Shown here: one piece after another, positions 50,600-64,000 of the stretch
How positions within the stretch are numbered: position 1 is the first letter of the stretch
Layout: every line of letters begins with the position of its first letter
DNA from: Malacoraja senta
Taxonomy: Eukaryota
DNA length: 64,000 nucleotides
Direction of reading: 5' to 3'
Assembly (NCBI GenBank): GCA_038087875.1
Contig: CM075989.1
Span: forward strand, 5,456,001-5,520,000
Translations under genes and position numbers: made by a program
Notes under the pieces: generated by a model
Seen by the model: the letters and a program-made list of their open reading frames with translations, nothing else
Databases searched by the model: none
What the model was told of the DNA's origin: nothing

Positions 50600-50865
50600 T
50601 TACTTTAGACTTTAGAGATACAGCGCTGCCCACCGCGTCCGCGCCGACCAGCGATCACCCCGTACACTGGCACTATCCTACACACTAGGGACAACTTACA
50701 GAAGCCAATTAACCTACAAACCTTCACGTCTTTGGAATGTGGGGGAAACCGGAGCACCCCAAGAAAACCCACGGGGAGAACGTACAAACTCCATACAGAC
50801 AGCACCCGTAGTTAGGATCGAACCCGTCACCGTCAGGCAGCCTCTCTACCGCTGCGCCACCGTGC
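50600..50865 (-). mobile_element. V-SINE (HE1-like)
   Basis: Family consensus motifs. Confidence 0.8.
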
Positions 50866-51619
50866 ATGTTTATAAATGTGCTTTCCAGATTTGTGAGCTT
50901 ATGTGACCTTCCTGCATGCATATCCAAAATTATTTTTTATATATTTGGGGGTACTTCAATAAAAAACCTCATTGCATGCCTTTCCTTGAAATCATCGAAA
51001 AACGATCTCTGAAAATGGGCTCTGATTCAAAGCCACATGGGCGGTCTGCTTATCCAGAATTGACCACAGCTATTACAGTACAGGATAATCATTAGTTCTT
51101 CATTCAATCCTGTGGAGTATTAATGGGTTCATCTCACCACAAGATAGTCTTCGAAATTACTTGAGGTTGTGAGCTCAAAGCAGAAAGTAAACATTTAACA
51201 TTTTTTGAACATGTACTTGAGGCTATTTTTGTGAGGTTTAACTAACTGTTTTAGTTCAAATAAAAGCTTAAAGATATGTCTTCTTTTTGTTTTTTTAATA
51301 AGTTTAATTACAGTGTGATTCTGTGCAAAGACACACAGTGCCACAGAAGTGTACCATTGTCTATGTCTGAGGGTACAATCTATGGAGACACATGGAATTG
51401 CAGATGCTGGAATCTCGTGTTGAATCCAAGTGCTGGAGTAATTCAGCGGGTCAGGCATCATCTCTGGAGGTCATGGACAAATAATGTTTAGGATCGGGGT
51501 CCTTCTTCAGACATTGTAGTGGGGGGGAGGGGGGGGGAGGGGAGGGGGGTGGGGAGGAAGCAGGAAAGGAGGTGGAGGTGAGAAAAATCCCGGCAAGTGA
51601 TAAGTGACAGAACCTACGC

Positions 51620-52157
51620 CAGTTTAGTTTAGAAATACAGCGCGGAAACAGGCCCTTCGGCCCACCGAGTCAGGACCAACCAGCAATCCCCGCACATTAA
51701 CACTACCCTCTACACACACTCGGAACAAAACTTTTTCACCCAGAGAGTTGTGAATTTGTGGAATTTCCTGCCACAGTGGGCAGTGGAGGCAAATCACTGG
51801 ATGGATTTAAGAGAGAGTTAGATAGAGCTCTAGGGGCTGGTGGAATCAAGGGATATGGGGAGAAGGCAGGCAACTGGTTATTGATTGGGGACGATCAGCC
51901 ATGATCACAAAGCTGGCTCGAAGGGCCGAATGGCCTCCTGCACCTATTTTCTATTTTTCTAATTTAAAATTTTACCAAGGCAATTACCCTACAAACCTGC
52001 ACATCTTTGTAGTGTGGTAGGAAACTGAAGATCTCGGAGAAAACCCATGCCGTCACGGGGAGAATGTACCAACAGCACCCGTAGTCGGGATTGAACCCAG
52101 GTCTCTGGTACTGTAAGCACTGTAAGGCAGCAACTCCACCACTACACCACCGTGCTG
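51620..52157 (-). mobile_element. V-SINE interrupted by a CR1 3' fragment (51720-51960, +)
   Basis: SINE halves flank CR1 tail sequence. Confidence 0.75.
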
Positions 52158-53589
52158 CCTGCTGGAACAATGAAAATATGAGCAAAGTATCAGATACCAA
52201 ACATTTGGGCGGCACAGAGACACAACTGGTGGAGCTGCTACCTCACTGCGTTAGTGACCCAGTTTCAATCTTGACCTCCGGTGCTGACTGTGTGAAATTT
52301 GCTCGTCCTTCCTGTGACCATGTGGGTTTCCTCCGGGTGCTCTGGCTTCCTCCAACATCCCAAAGACGTATGGGTTTGCAGGTGAATTGGCCTATGTAAA
52401 TTGCCTCTGGTGTGTGGGGAGTGGAAGCGAAAGACACGATGACATAATTATGAATCACTTTAAAATAAATAGATTAAAACCTTAGTTAAAATAACATTCT
52501 ATGAATCTATTATGCACATGTGCGTTTGCAGATGACGCTAAGATTGCTGGGGCCGCAGACTTTGAGGAAGGCTATCAAAACACACAGTAGGACGTGGATC
52601 AGGTGTGGAAATGAGCGGAGAAATGGCAGATGGAGTTTAATCTTCGCACGTGTGAAGCATGAAGTGTTGTACTTTAGGAGATCAAATGTAAGGGAGAAAT
52701 ATACAATTAATGGCATGACCCTTAACAGCATTGATGTACAGGGTGTCCAAGTCCACACGATCAGCCATGATCACAATGAATGGCGGTGCTGGCTCAAAGG
52801 GCCGAATGGCCTACTCCTGCACCTATTGTCTATTGTCTAAAACTCCCTGAAAGTGGCAACACAAGTAGATCGAGTGTTAAAGAAGGCATACAGTATGGTC
52901 TACACGGGCTAGGACACAAGATGCTGGAGTAACTCAGTGGGTCAAGTAGCATCTCTGGAGAGAAGGAATGGGTGACGTTTCGGGTCGAGACCCTTCTTCA
53001 GAATGGTCTGCTTGGTTTTGTAGGTCATGGCATTGAGTATAGGAGTCTGGAAGTTATGATGGAGCTTTATAGACATTTGTTTCGGCTGCATTTTGAGCAT
53101 TGTGTGCAGTTCTGGTCTCCCCATTATAGGCAACATGTTGGGGCGTTGGAAAGGCTGGAGGGGAGGTTTTCCTCCCACACTCCAAAGATATGTAGGTTTG
53201 TAGGTTAATTGGTTTCGGTAAAAATGATAAATTGTTCATAGTGTGTAGGATAGTGCTAGTGTATGGAGTGATCGCTGGTCGGCACGGAATCAGTGGGCCA
53301 AAGGGCCATTTTCCGCATTGTAGCTCAAAACTAAACTAGTGAAGACTGAACCTTGATTATGAGTAGGTTTTCCACTGGTGGTACAGGCATTGGCCAACTT
53401 TCCCACTCTGAAGTTAAATGCCCTAAATGGGTGTTAGATAAAACAGCCATGCTCCCTCTCTCAGTGTGTTAACATTCATCATCAAGATGAACACAAGTTG
53501 TGAAAGTATAGTTTAAGGCAATTGTTTACACCATCATTCAGAGCATAAGATCATAAAAGCATAATATCATAAAACATACGTTATTGTTC

Positions 53590-54160
53590 ATATGTTTTCG
53601 GGGCAGAATTAGGCCATTTGGCCCATCACATCTACTCCGCCATTCCATTGTGGCTGATCTATCTTTCCCTCTCAACCCCATTCTCCTGCCTTCTCCCCAT
53701 AACCCCTGACACACATACTAATCAAGAATCTGTCAATCACCGCCTTAACAATATACAATGACGTCCCCCACAGCTATCTGTGGCACAGACTGACTAAAGA
53801 AATTCCTCCTCATCTCCGTTCTAAAGATGCATCCTTTTATTCTGAGGCTTTGCCCTCTGGTCCTAGACTCTCCCACTAGTGGAAACATCCTCTCCACATC
53901 CACTCTATCCAAGCCTTTCACTATTCTGTATGCTTCAATGAGGTTCCCCCTCATTCTTCTAAACTCCAGCGAGTACAGGCCCAGTGCCGACAAACGCTCA
54001 TCATAGGTTAACCTATTAATTCCTGGGATCATTCTTGTAAACCTCCTCTGGACCCTCTCCAGAGCCAGCACATTCATTCTCAGATATGGTGCCCAAAATT
54101 GCTCACAATACTCTAAATGCTGCCTTGCCAGCAACCTCAGCATTACATCCCTGTTTTGGT
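53590..54160 (-). mobile_element. CR1 LINE 3' fragment
   Basis: HLEYC.QFWAP, LERVQRRFTRMIPG. Confidence 0.9.
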
Positions 54161-55204
54161 ATACAAGCCCTCATCTAGGCCTTCAGTGGGCTTTAATGAG
54201 ATCCCCCCCCTCCCTCCCCCTCCCTGGGGTGGGGTCTTGCATTTACATAGATTGCTGGCATCAGACAAATCAGTGAAGTTAGATTTTTGTGTAGGAAGGA
54301 ACTGCAGATGCTGGTTTACACCGAAGATAGACATAGAATGCTGGAGTAACTCAGTGGGACAGGCAGCATCTCTGGATAAAAGGAATGGGTGACATTTTGG
54401 GTGAAGAAGGGTCTCGACTCGAAACGTCACCCAATCCTTCTCGCCAGAGATGCTGCCTGTCCCGCTGAGTTGCTCCAGCATTTTGTGTCAGTCTAAGGTA
54501 GATTTTTGCCTGTGAGCCGGCTACTTGCTGGAATGGCACATCACAATGAAATGGATGTGAGATGTTAGGTCACCCTATGTGAACCACAACTGCAGTCAAA
54601 CAAGGATCAGTGCTGAAATGAACCGTGGAAAAATACAGGCCGCAACTCAGCGTTTACCTACACAGAGAGAATCAAAAAAAGCTGAGCCAACTAGTCGCAC
54701 AGACTCGAAATTCTTTGGTTATAAATAAACTTTATAACAAGCAATGAAAAACACTTTTGCCAATATCCCACAGCAAGACAGGACTTGTCACATATTGTGA
54801 AGGAAATTAAGAGTTAATAGCATTTGCAATAACTTTGGGACTTTGTACGTTTTGAGCAATGACTTCATAGTTCGCTGATTCTAATCGCGTGTCCGACATT
54901 TGTTTTATTTTATTGGTGAGTAGTTCTCTCCTTCTGACTTCCCACCTCAGTGTCCAGACACTGAATAAACAGTGAGGCTGAAATAGCTCGGATTTGGGAA
55001 AAGATTCAAGATACCTCTGAAATAATAAGGCACTGTCTGCCCCTGGTATCTTGCCACGAAAAAAAAAAATGGCCATTGTTGTTCATTGCCAGAAATGAGA
55101 TGCTGACTAACGCAAACCTCATGGTCACCTAGAATGCACTAACTCTAACATACTGACCTGTCAAACAGCAAACTTCCCAGTTTGCTTCACATCAAACCTA
55201 ATTG

Positions 55205-55675
55205 AAATATTGTATTGTATATCTTTATTGTCATTTCCTGAGTATTCACATACCCAGAGGAAACAAAAAAAACGTTCCTCAACCAGTGTCCATTTCAGTG
55301 TGCAGTAAAAAATAAATAGAAGTAAAAATACATATATCATGAACAAATTAACACTCTACTCTACTAAGCATCAACAGGCGTTCCGATCGGCAGCGGCACG
55401 ACAGTGGCTCTGCTGCAGTGTGTCCAGGTTGGTGGTTGGTGCACGATACTTTGGCAGGGGGCAAAGTCCGTTTATCAGTCTTATAACCTGCGGGAAGAAG
55501 CTGAGGAGCATCCTGCTGGTTTTGCACCTAATGCTCCTGTACCTCTTCCCAGATGGCAGGATGGAGAATATGTGATGCGGTGGGTGGTAGGGGTCTTTGA
55601 TGATGGAGATGGCTCTGCTGATACATCTCTTCCTGTATATGTCCAGCAGGAAAGGGAGTGGAGCACCAATAAATA
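55205..55675 (-). mobile_element. Rex1/Babar LINE 3' fragment
   Basis: Reverse strand encodes an IIKDPYHP.H..F..LPSGKRYRSI..SFFPQ-type C-terminus; (CAATA)-like tail. Confidence 0.75.
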
Positions 55676-55714
55676 GAGAGCATTCATGAACCTAAATCTA
55701 CCTGAATCAATTTG

Positions 55715-56560
55715 AAACATAGAAACATAGAAAAATAGGTGCAGAGTAGGCCATTCGGCCCTTCGAGCCAGCACCAACATTCAATATGATCAATGCTGAT
55801 CATCTAAAATCAGTACAACGTTCCTGCCTTTCCCCCCATATCCCTTGATCCCTTTAGCGCTAAGAGCTAAATCAAACTCTCTCTTGGAAATGCCCAGTGA
55901 ATTGGCCTCCACTGTCTTCTGTGCCAGAGAATTCCACAGGTTCACAACTCTCTGGATGAAGAAATATTTCCTCATCTCAGTCTGAAATGGCCTACCCCTT
56001 ATTCTTAAACTGGCCCCTGGTTCTGGACTCCCCCAACATCGGGAACATCTCTCTGGGTGAAAAAGTCTTTCCTCATCTCAGTTCTCAATGACCTACCCCT
56101 TATTCTTAAACTGTGGCCCTTGGTTCTGGACTCCCCCAACATCGGGAACATGTTTCCTGAATCTAGCCTGTCCAAACCTTTAAGAATTTTACATGTTTCT
56201 ATAAGATCCCCTCTCATCCTTCTAAATTCCAGTGAATACAAGCCCAATCGACCCATTCTTTCATCATATGTCAGTCCCGCCATCCCGGGAATTAACCTGG
56301 TGAACCTACGCTGCACTCCCTCAATAGCAAGAATGTCCTTCCTCAAATTAGGAGACCAAAATTGCACACAATACTCCAGGTGCAGTCTCACCAGGGCCTT
56401 GTACAACTGCAGTAGGACCTCCTTGCTCCTAAACTCAAATCCTCTCGCAATGAAGACCAACATGCCATTAGCTTTCTTCACAGCCTGCTGTACCTGCATG
56501 CTTACTTTCAGTGACTGATGTACAAGCACACCCAGTTCTCATTGCACCTCCCCTTTTTCT
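55715..56560 (-). mobile_element. CR1 LINE 3' fragment with ~110-bp internal tandem duplication
   Basis: ORF 56005-56529 carries CR1 motifs; 55950-56048 is repeated at 56052-56150. Confidence 0.9.
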
Positions 56561-56919
56561 AATCTTTAGAGAGCCTTTCAAGGATGATTTCCATTTTCCA
56601 TGACTTAAGTTCCTATGTTAGTTTGGCTATTAGTAGTAACTTAATTTTGCATTTTTAGCTTAGAGATACAGCACGGAAACAGGCGCTTCGGCCCACCGAG
56701 TCCGCACCAACCAGCGATCCCCGCACACTAACACTAGGGACAATTTTTACACTTACACCAAGCCAATTAACCTACAAACCTGTTGGTCTTTGGAATGTGT
56801 GAGGAAAGCGATTTTCTCGGAGAAAATCCACGCGGTCACAGGGAGAATGTACAAACTCCTAACAGACCAGGATCGTAGCCAGGATCGAACCTGGGTCGCT
56901 GGAGCTGAATTCACTGTAA

Positions 56920-57768
<849 letters not shown>

Positions 57769-58927
57769 TAAGGCCGCAACTCTACCGCTACACCACCGTG
57801 CCGCACTGAATCTTTTCTGCTCTTCCTAAATGCTACCTGTACGCAAAAGAGAACCACCGGAATGTCCTCCGTCTTTTGTTTTCCACATATTCAACATCTC
57901 TAATGGTTTTCTAATGTGCTTCTGTCAAGGACAATCTGAAATGTCCATCACCCTGCTGACACTTGCAGGCTTCCCTAAAACCATTCAATGGGAGTGAATA
58001 TCCCATGATGAAAGTGGCAACCTTTATGACATCTCCTCTGGGTAGAAGCTTATTACATTCAGATTATCTTGTCATCCAGGGCTCTCCACCCTGTGTTATG
58101 TGGACATGAAGAGAATTCTACTGTTGACTGCCCTGTAGCTTATCAAGCATTAGTTTAGTATAGTATAGTTTAGTTTAGTTTAATTTAGTTTAGTTTAGTT
58201 TATTGTCACGTGTACTCAGGTACAGTGAATAAGGGTCCCGACTCGAAATGTCACCTATCCATGTTCTCCAGAGATCCATGTCCTCCTGTCCAGCTGAGTT
58301 ACTCCAGTACTTTGTGTCTTTTTGTGTAAGCCAACAACTGACGTTCCTTGTTTCTACAGTTTCAGTTCAGGTTAGTTTATTGTCACGTGTACCGAGGTAC
58401 AGTGAAAAGCTTTTGTTGCGTGCTAACCAGTCAGCGGAAAGACAATACATGATTACAATCGAGTCATCCACAATGCACAGATACATGATGAGGGAATAAT
58501 GTTTAGTGCAAGATAAAGTCCAATCAAAGATAGTCTGAGGGTCTCCAAATGAGGTGGATAGTAGTTCAGGGCAGCTCCCTAGTTATGCTAGAGCTGGTGT
58601 CCCAGTTAGTGGAGCACTGATTACTCATGTGGTTCAAGCAGCGAGATGTGCTGATGAACAGCAATGTGCTGAGATAGATGGCTCTTGGGCCACTGTATCA
58701 ATGCACTACCACATTGCAATGAGCTTAGGTTGCACAAACCAGGCTGGCCATCTCCTGGTGTGAGTCTCGTGGGTGTCGCTGGGCTAGTTGTTGACTGTTA
58801 CACACTAGTTATGTCTAACCCTGTCTTTATTCAGTGACCAAGCCTTTCCTTAGTAGGGGATATACCAGTCAAGTCTAAGCAGACACTTGGATCTCCTAAG
58901 AGTCTACTGCTAATGTGCATGGAGAAG

Positions 58928-59245
58928 TGGGCGGCACAGTGGTGCAGCTGGTAGAGCGGCTGCCTCACAGCACCAGAGACCCGAGACCGATCCTGACCTC
59001 AGTTGCTGTGTGTGTGGAGTTTGCACGATTTCCCTGTGACTGCGTGGAATTCGTTCAGGTGTTCCAATTTCCTCCAACATCCCAAAGACATGCGAGTTTG
59101 TAGGTTAATTGGCCTCTGTAGATTAGTATGTAAGGAGTAGATGAGAACATGGGAAAACATAGAACTAGTTAGAATGGGTGATCAATAGTCGGTGTGGACT
59201 CAATGGGTTGAAGGGCCTGTTTCCATGCTACCGCTCTCTAATCTA
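58928..59245 (+). mobile_element. V-SINE (older subfamily)
   Basis: tRNA head, V-domain and tail. Confidence 0.75.
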
Positions 59246-59524
59246 AATGCATAGGACAGGAGGGAACCGGAGAAACATTTATAGAACTTGGCCGTGAATA
59301 AATAGAGAGAAGCTGCCACCTCAAATAATGTGACATGACTTTTATTCCCTAAGAATAGACTTGGTTATATTAATCCAACTGATAACTACCTTGACATACT
59401 GAACATTGGGACTGATCCAGTCATTTGTATGCCACTTATGCACAAGGGAGATCTGCAACGAGATGCCAGAAGAAGTGGTAGAGGCAGGTACAATTACGGC
59501 AATTGAACGACACTTGCCGCAGCC

Positions 59525-60062
59525 TGAGGCAATGCCACAGGCAATGATGGTACAATTCTATACAGCCATCGTAGAGTCTGTCCTCACCTTCTCCATCATG
59601 GTCTGGTTTGGCTCAGCCACCAAGCACAATATCTGGAGGCTGCAGCGAATCGTCCGATCAGCTGAGAAGGTTATTGGCCGCAACCTTCCCCCCATTGATG
59701 AACTGTACACTGCAAGGGCCAGGAAGCGAGCGGGCAAGATCATCTCTGACCCCTCTCACCCTGGCCACAAACTCTTTGAATCACTTCCCTCTGGAAGGCG
59801 ACTCCGGATTGTCAAAGCTGCCACAGCCAGACATAAAAAGAATTTTTCCATGAGCTCTACTCAATAACCAAAAATCTGTAGCCTCCTTTTGCTCTGGTAT
59901 TTTATTTAATTAACATGTTTAATCGATAATGTTTTATTATTAATGTTTAATGTTTTATGTGTCATTCCTAACTGTCACTGTATGTCATGTTGTCACTTGC
60001 GGGAGGAGCACTAATGCAAATTCCTTGTATGTGAATACGTGGCCAATAAACGTATTCATTCA
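59525..60062 (+). mobile_element. Rex1/Babar LINE 3' fragment
   Basis: FYTAIVESVLTFSI.VWFG, LQRIVRSAEKVIG, DPSHPGH.LF..LPSGRR; (ATTC)n tail. Confidence 0.88.
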
Positions 60063-60215
60063 TTGGGCAGGTACATGGATAGAACTGATTTGGTGGGATA
60101 TGGCTCAGGCACAGGCAAATGGGACTAGCTTGGTTAAGCCGATTTGGTCGGCATGGACATGTTGGGCTGAAGGGCCTCTTTCCAGGCGACATAACTCTAT
60201 GATTCTACAACTTCT

Positions 60216-60520
60216 GGGCGGCAAGGAGGCGCGGTGGTATCGTTGCTGCCTTCCAGCACCAGAGGCCCGGGTTCGATCCTGACTACGGGTGCTGCCTGTA
60301 CGGAGTTTCTATGTTCTCCCCGTGACCTGCATCCGGGTGCTCCGGTTTCCTCCCACACTCCAAAGATGTACAGGTATGCAGGTTAATTGGCTTCTGTAAA
60401 TTGTCCCTAGTGTGTAGGATAGTGTTAGCGTGCGGGGATCGCTGGTCGGCGCGGACTCGGTGGGCCAAAGGTCTTGTTTCCGCGCTGTATCTCTAAACGA
60501 AACCAATCTAAACTAAAACT
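60216..60520 (+). mobile_element. V-SINE (HE1-like)
   Basis: Family consensus motifs. Confidence 0.85.
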
Positions 60521-60987
60521 CTAGGCCCCTACATTCAATCACAAACTCATTAGGTTGTCAGGTCTGCAGTGAGATGAATGCTCTGCACCACAATAATTGT
60601 GGTAGTTTGAGGAGATGAGATACTAATTATACACAGTTAGAGTTATTTTGGAGTTTAGAATTAAATAAATCAGAATGAGCAGATTTTAAGAGCATTCCTG
60701 AGTTGAGCTGTTGGTTTTATTTAGAATAATTTGGGCTTATTTAATTGAGCCGCCTATTTTTACATTGTTTCTACCCCATGGTAATTATTTTTATTCCAAC
60801 AGACAACTTGAAACTATGAAACAGGACTTTATTTTATGGGAAACATGGTGTTAAGGATCATGATATAATCTCTTAGCCTGATATTACATCTTGTAGCATG
60901 TTATTAGACGAGTAAGTCCAGCTTGCTTTCAAAAGAATCCAGATAAGTGTGTGATGGGGAAGGATTTACAGCTGTAGGTAAAAGGGG

Positions 60988-61512
60988 GGTGCATCACAGC
61001 CTGGTTTGGGAACAGCTCCATCCAAGACTGCAAGAAATTGCAGCAAATTATGGACGCAGCACAGACCATCACACAAATCAACCTCCCTTCTATTGACTCC
61101 ATTTACAGCTCACGCTGCCTCGGCAAGGCCAGCAGCTTCATCAAGGATGATTCGCACCCCAGCTACTCCCTCCTCTCCCCTTTCCCATCAGGCAAAAGGT
61201 ACAGAAGTGTGAAAACGCACACCTCCAGATTCAGGGACAGTTTCTTCCCAGCCTTTATCAGGCAACTGAATCATCCTACCACAACCAGAGAGCAGTGCTG
61301 AACTACGATCAACGTCATTGTTGACCCTTGGACTGTCTTTGATCAGACTTTGCTGGCTCTACCTTGCATTAAACATTATTCCCTTATCATGTATCTATAC
61401 ACTGTAAATGGCTCGAATGTAATCATGTATTGTCTTTCTGCTGACTGGATAGCACGCAACAAAACATTTTTCACGGTACCTTGGTACATGTGACAATAAA
61501 CTAAACTGAACT
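60988..61512 (+). mobile_element. Rex1/Babar LINE 3' fragment
   Basis: LPSIDSIYSSRC..KAS..IKD.SHP..PSGKRYRS..TSRFRDSFFP. Confidence 0.88.
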
Positions 61513-61979
61513 GAGATGGTGACTGGTTGGTGGCTTGCTCATGCAAAGGGCTAGTACAAGCATGATGGACAGAATGGATTTCTCCAACATCATATTAATC
61601 CATTTTCAGTTTGGGATAAAGTAGGATTCAGGACTGGCTCTCCATACCCAAGTTCAATGAACCAAGCAAGTTTCAGAGGTGATCATTCTGACTGGAGCCA
61701 TCACAGAGGCAAAGAGAATTAGTCACTGCTCGTGCACTTATGTCAGGTCCTGCTGGTTTCTCAGTGGAGAATTGGAAGGACCCCATGGCAGAAAAATGTT
61801 AAATGCTCTGAAGTGGCACCAGTTATTCAACGTGAGCCCCAGGATCTCTCATTGTTGCAAGGTTCACCTCAGATTAGACTTCAACAACCATTGCTGTGAG
61901 AAACTGAAGAAAAAAGTGCAGACGTTTGAAACTGGATGAAGAGTCAATGACCTGAAAGGCTGACTCTGTTTCTTTACCT

Positions 61980-62292
61980 TTAGACTTTAGACTTTAGAGA
62001 TACAGTGCGGAAACCGGCCCTATGGCCCACCGAGGCCACGCCGACCAGCGATCCCTGCACACTAACGCTATCCTACACGCACTAGGGACAATTTACCATT
62101 TTACTGCAGCCAATTAACCTACAAAACGTTGTGTCTTTGCAGTGTGGGAGGAAACCGGGGCACCCGGAGAAAACCCACGCAGGTTACGGGGAGAATGTAC
62201 AAACTCTGTACAGACAGCACCCATGGTCAGGATCGAACCGGGGTCTCAGGCACTGTAAGGCAACAACTCTACTACTGCGCCACCATGCCGCC
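61980..62292 (-). mobile_element. V-SINE (HE1-like)
   Basis: Family consensus motifs. Confidence 0.85.
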
Positions 62293-63309
62293 CCACATTT
62301 AGTACATTGGACTTCATTGCAGGAAGCTTTGAGCACTTGAATAAAGATATCTTGTTGCAATATCCTAGGACCACACCTGATGAACAGTGTACACCTCGGT
62401 TTTAAGTTTACATTTGCTATTGCCAATGTATCGAGATACAGTGAAAATCTTTTGTTCTATCTAATCAAAGCAGATAATACCATACATGAGTCCAATCAAG
62501 CCATACGTAAGTACAACAGGTAGGGTGAAGAGAAAGATACCAGAGTGCAGAATATAGTTTATCAGCATTGCAACATATCAGTTCCAGAGATAAAAGACCA
62601 ATGTCCCCAGTGAGGTAGGGTGCAGAATCGTGACTGTACCCTAGCTTATGGAAGGACCATTCAGAAGTCTGATAACTGTGGGGAAGGAACTATTCCTGTG
62701 TCTGGTGGTGGGCACTTTCAAGCTTTTGCATCTTCTGCCTGATGGGAGCGAGGAGAAGAAGGAATGACTAGGGTGGGTCATTAACTATGTAGTTGGTACC
62801 TACGTGGTAGAGGGAGTGAAACAAAGGTTCACCACGTTAAACGATTCACCAGATTCATCCCCTGTGGGTCAGTAAGTAGACTGGGTTTAGAAGGGGGAGA
62901 AGTGATCGCATTGAAATGCAAAATGTTTAAGAAGGAACTGCAGATGCTGGAACAATCGAAGGTAGACAAAAGTGCTGGTGAAACTCAGCGGGTGAAGCAG
63001 CATCTATGTAGCAAAGGAATGGGTGACGTTTTGGGTCGATACCCTTCTTCAGACTGATGATGGGAAGGGGGGGGGGGCGAAAGGAAGAGGCGGAGGTAGT
63101 GGGAGAGCTGGGAAGGGAGGGGAAGGAGGGGAGAAAGCATGGACTGCCTGAAATTGGAGAAGTAGTCGAATTGAAATATAATGTTCTTATCGGGTGTGGT
63201 GCAGAGATGATATTTTGTCTGGTCATAATGCCCAGAACCAGGATTATACCTCAATATAAAAAAATAAGATGAGAGATTGCTCAACCCAAAAGGTGATGAA
63301 TAGATTTAT

Positions 63310-63780
63310 AGAGTCATTGAGACATACAGCACAGAAAGAGGCCCTTCGGCCCAACTTGTCCATGCTGAACAAGATGCCCATCTAAGGTTCCTTTTGGTCC
63401 ATATCCCTCCTTTCTAATCCATGTACCTGTCCATGTGATTTTTTTTAAATTGTGTAATAGCACCTACCTCAACTACCTCCTCGGGCAGCTCGTTCCATGT
63501 ACCCACCACCCTGTGTGAACCTCCACGTTCCCATAAATCTTGCCCCTCTCACCTTAAACTTGTGCCCTCTGATTTTTGATTACCCTACTCTAAGTGAAAG
63601 ACTGTCCGTGCATCCTATCTATTCCCCTCATGATTTTATACACCTCCATAAGATCACCCCTCAGCCTCTTGTGCTTCAAGGATTAAAGTCCTAGCCTGCC
63701 CAACCCCTCCTCAAACACAGCTTCTCAAGGCCTGGAAACATCCTCGCAAATCTTCCCTGCACTCGTTGCAATTTAATGAC
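63310..63780 (-). mobile_element. CR1 LINE 3' fragment
   Basis: Homologous to 30650-31130. Confidence 0.8.
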
Positions 63781-63919
63781 TTAAATCTTTTGGAATTTTC
63801 TACACAGGAGGAGTGTGGAGGCCCATCCCGATGATCATTCTCTTAACCCCAATCTTCTTGGCAACTACTTTTTATCTCCTTCCCAGTTCTGATAAAGTGT
63901 CTTCGATGTGAAACTTTAA

Positions 63920-64000
63920 AGGGGCTGTCGCACTGCGGTGACCTAATCCGCGAGTTCAGAAGAGATTAGGAGAGTTTGAAAAAATGTCATGTCGAAGACC
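63920..64000. mobile_element. Harbinger MITE left end (runs off window)
   Basis: TAA + aggggctgtcgcactgcggtgacctaatccgcgag. Confidence 0.75.

Noticed and set aside
58590..58770. Possible exon ending near gtgagt
   Set aside because: No clear acceptor, unrecognised peptide, and the ORF start lies in a LINE tail.
61679..61939. 86-aa ORF in unique sequence
   Set aside because: Non-ATG start, no motif and no splice support.

Overview
This is repeat-saturated vertebrate genomic DNA, most likely from a cartilaginous fish (skate, ray or shark), judging by abundant HE1/V-SINE-type tRNA SINEs with CR1 tails plus CR1, Penelope and Rex1 debris. I found no intact host gene. The window is a deeply nested stack of transposons. 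(1) A tandem non-autonomous Helitron pair (3451-7364) carries a hAT-like element, a ~700-bp palindrome and a Harbinger MITE. (2) There is a Penelope composite with minimal hammerhead-like motifs. (3) A full-length but dead Passport-like Tc1 element lies at 15953-17552. (4) A young 5'-truncated Tx1/L1 LINE is followed by a second copy with the same 5' breakpoint. (5) A truncated Gypsy element retains its 3' LTR. (6) There is an RTE-derived bipartite short element. (7) A complete but decayed DIRS1-type tyrosine-recombinase retrotransposon (37631-49128), largely invisible to the ORF track, contains a near-intact invertebrate-like CR1-group LINE and a 4-kb Helitron. There is also evidence of an old ~15-20 kb tandem duplication that may carry decayed coding exons on the minus strand. 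A 200-N gap lies at 36479-36678. I found no convincing wholly new biological system. All family assignments come from motif recognition, not database searches.
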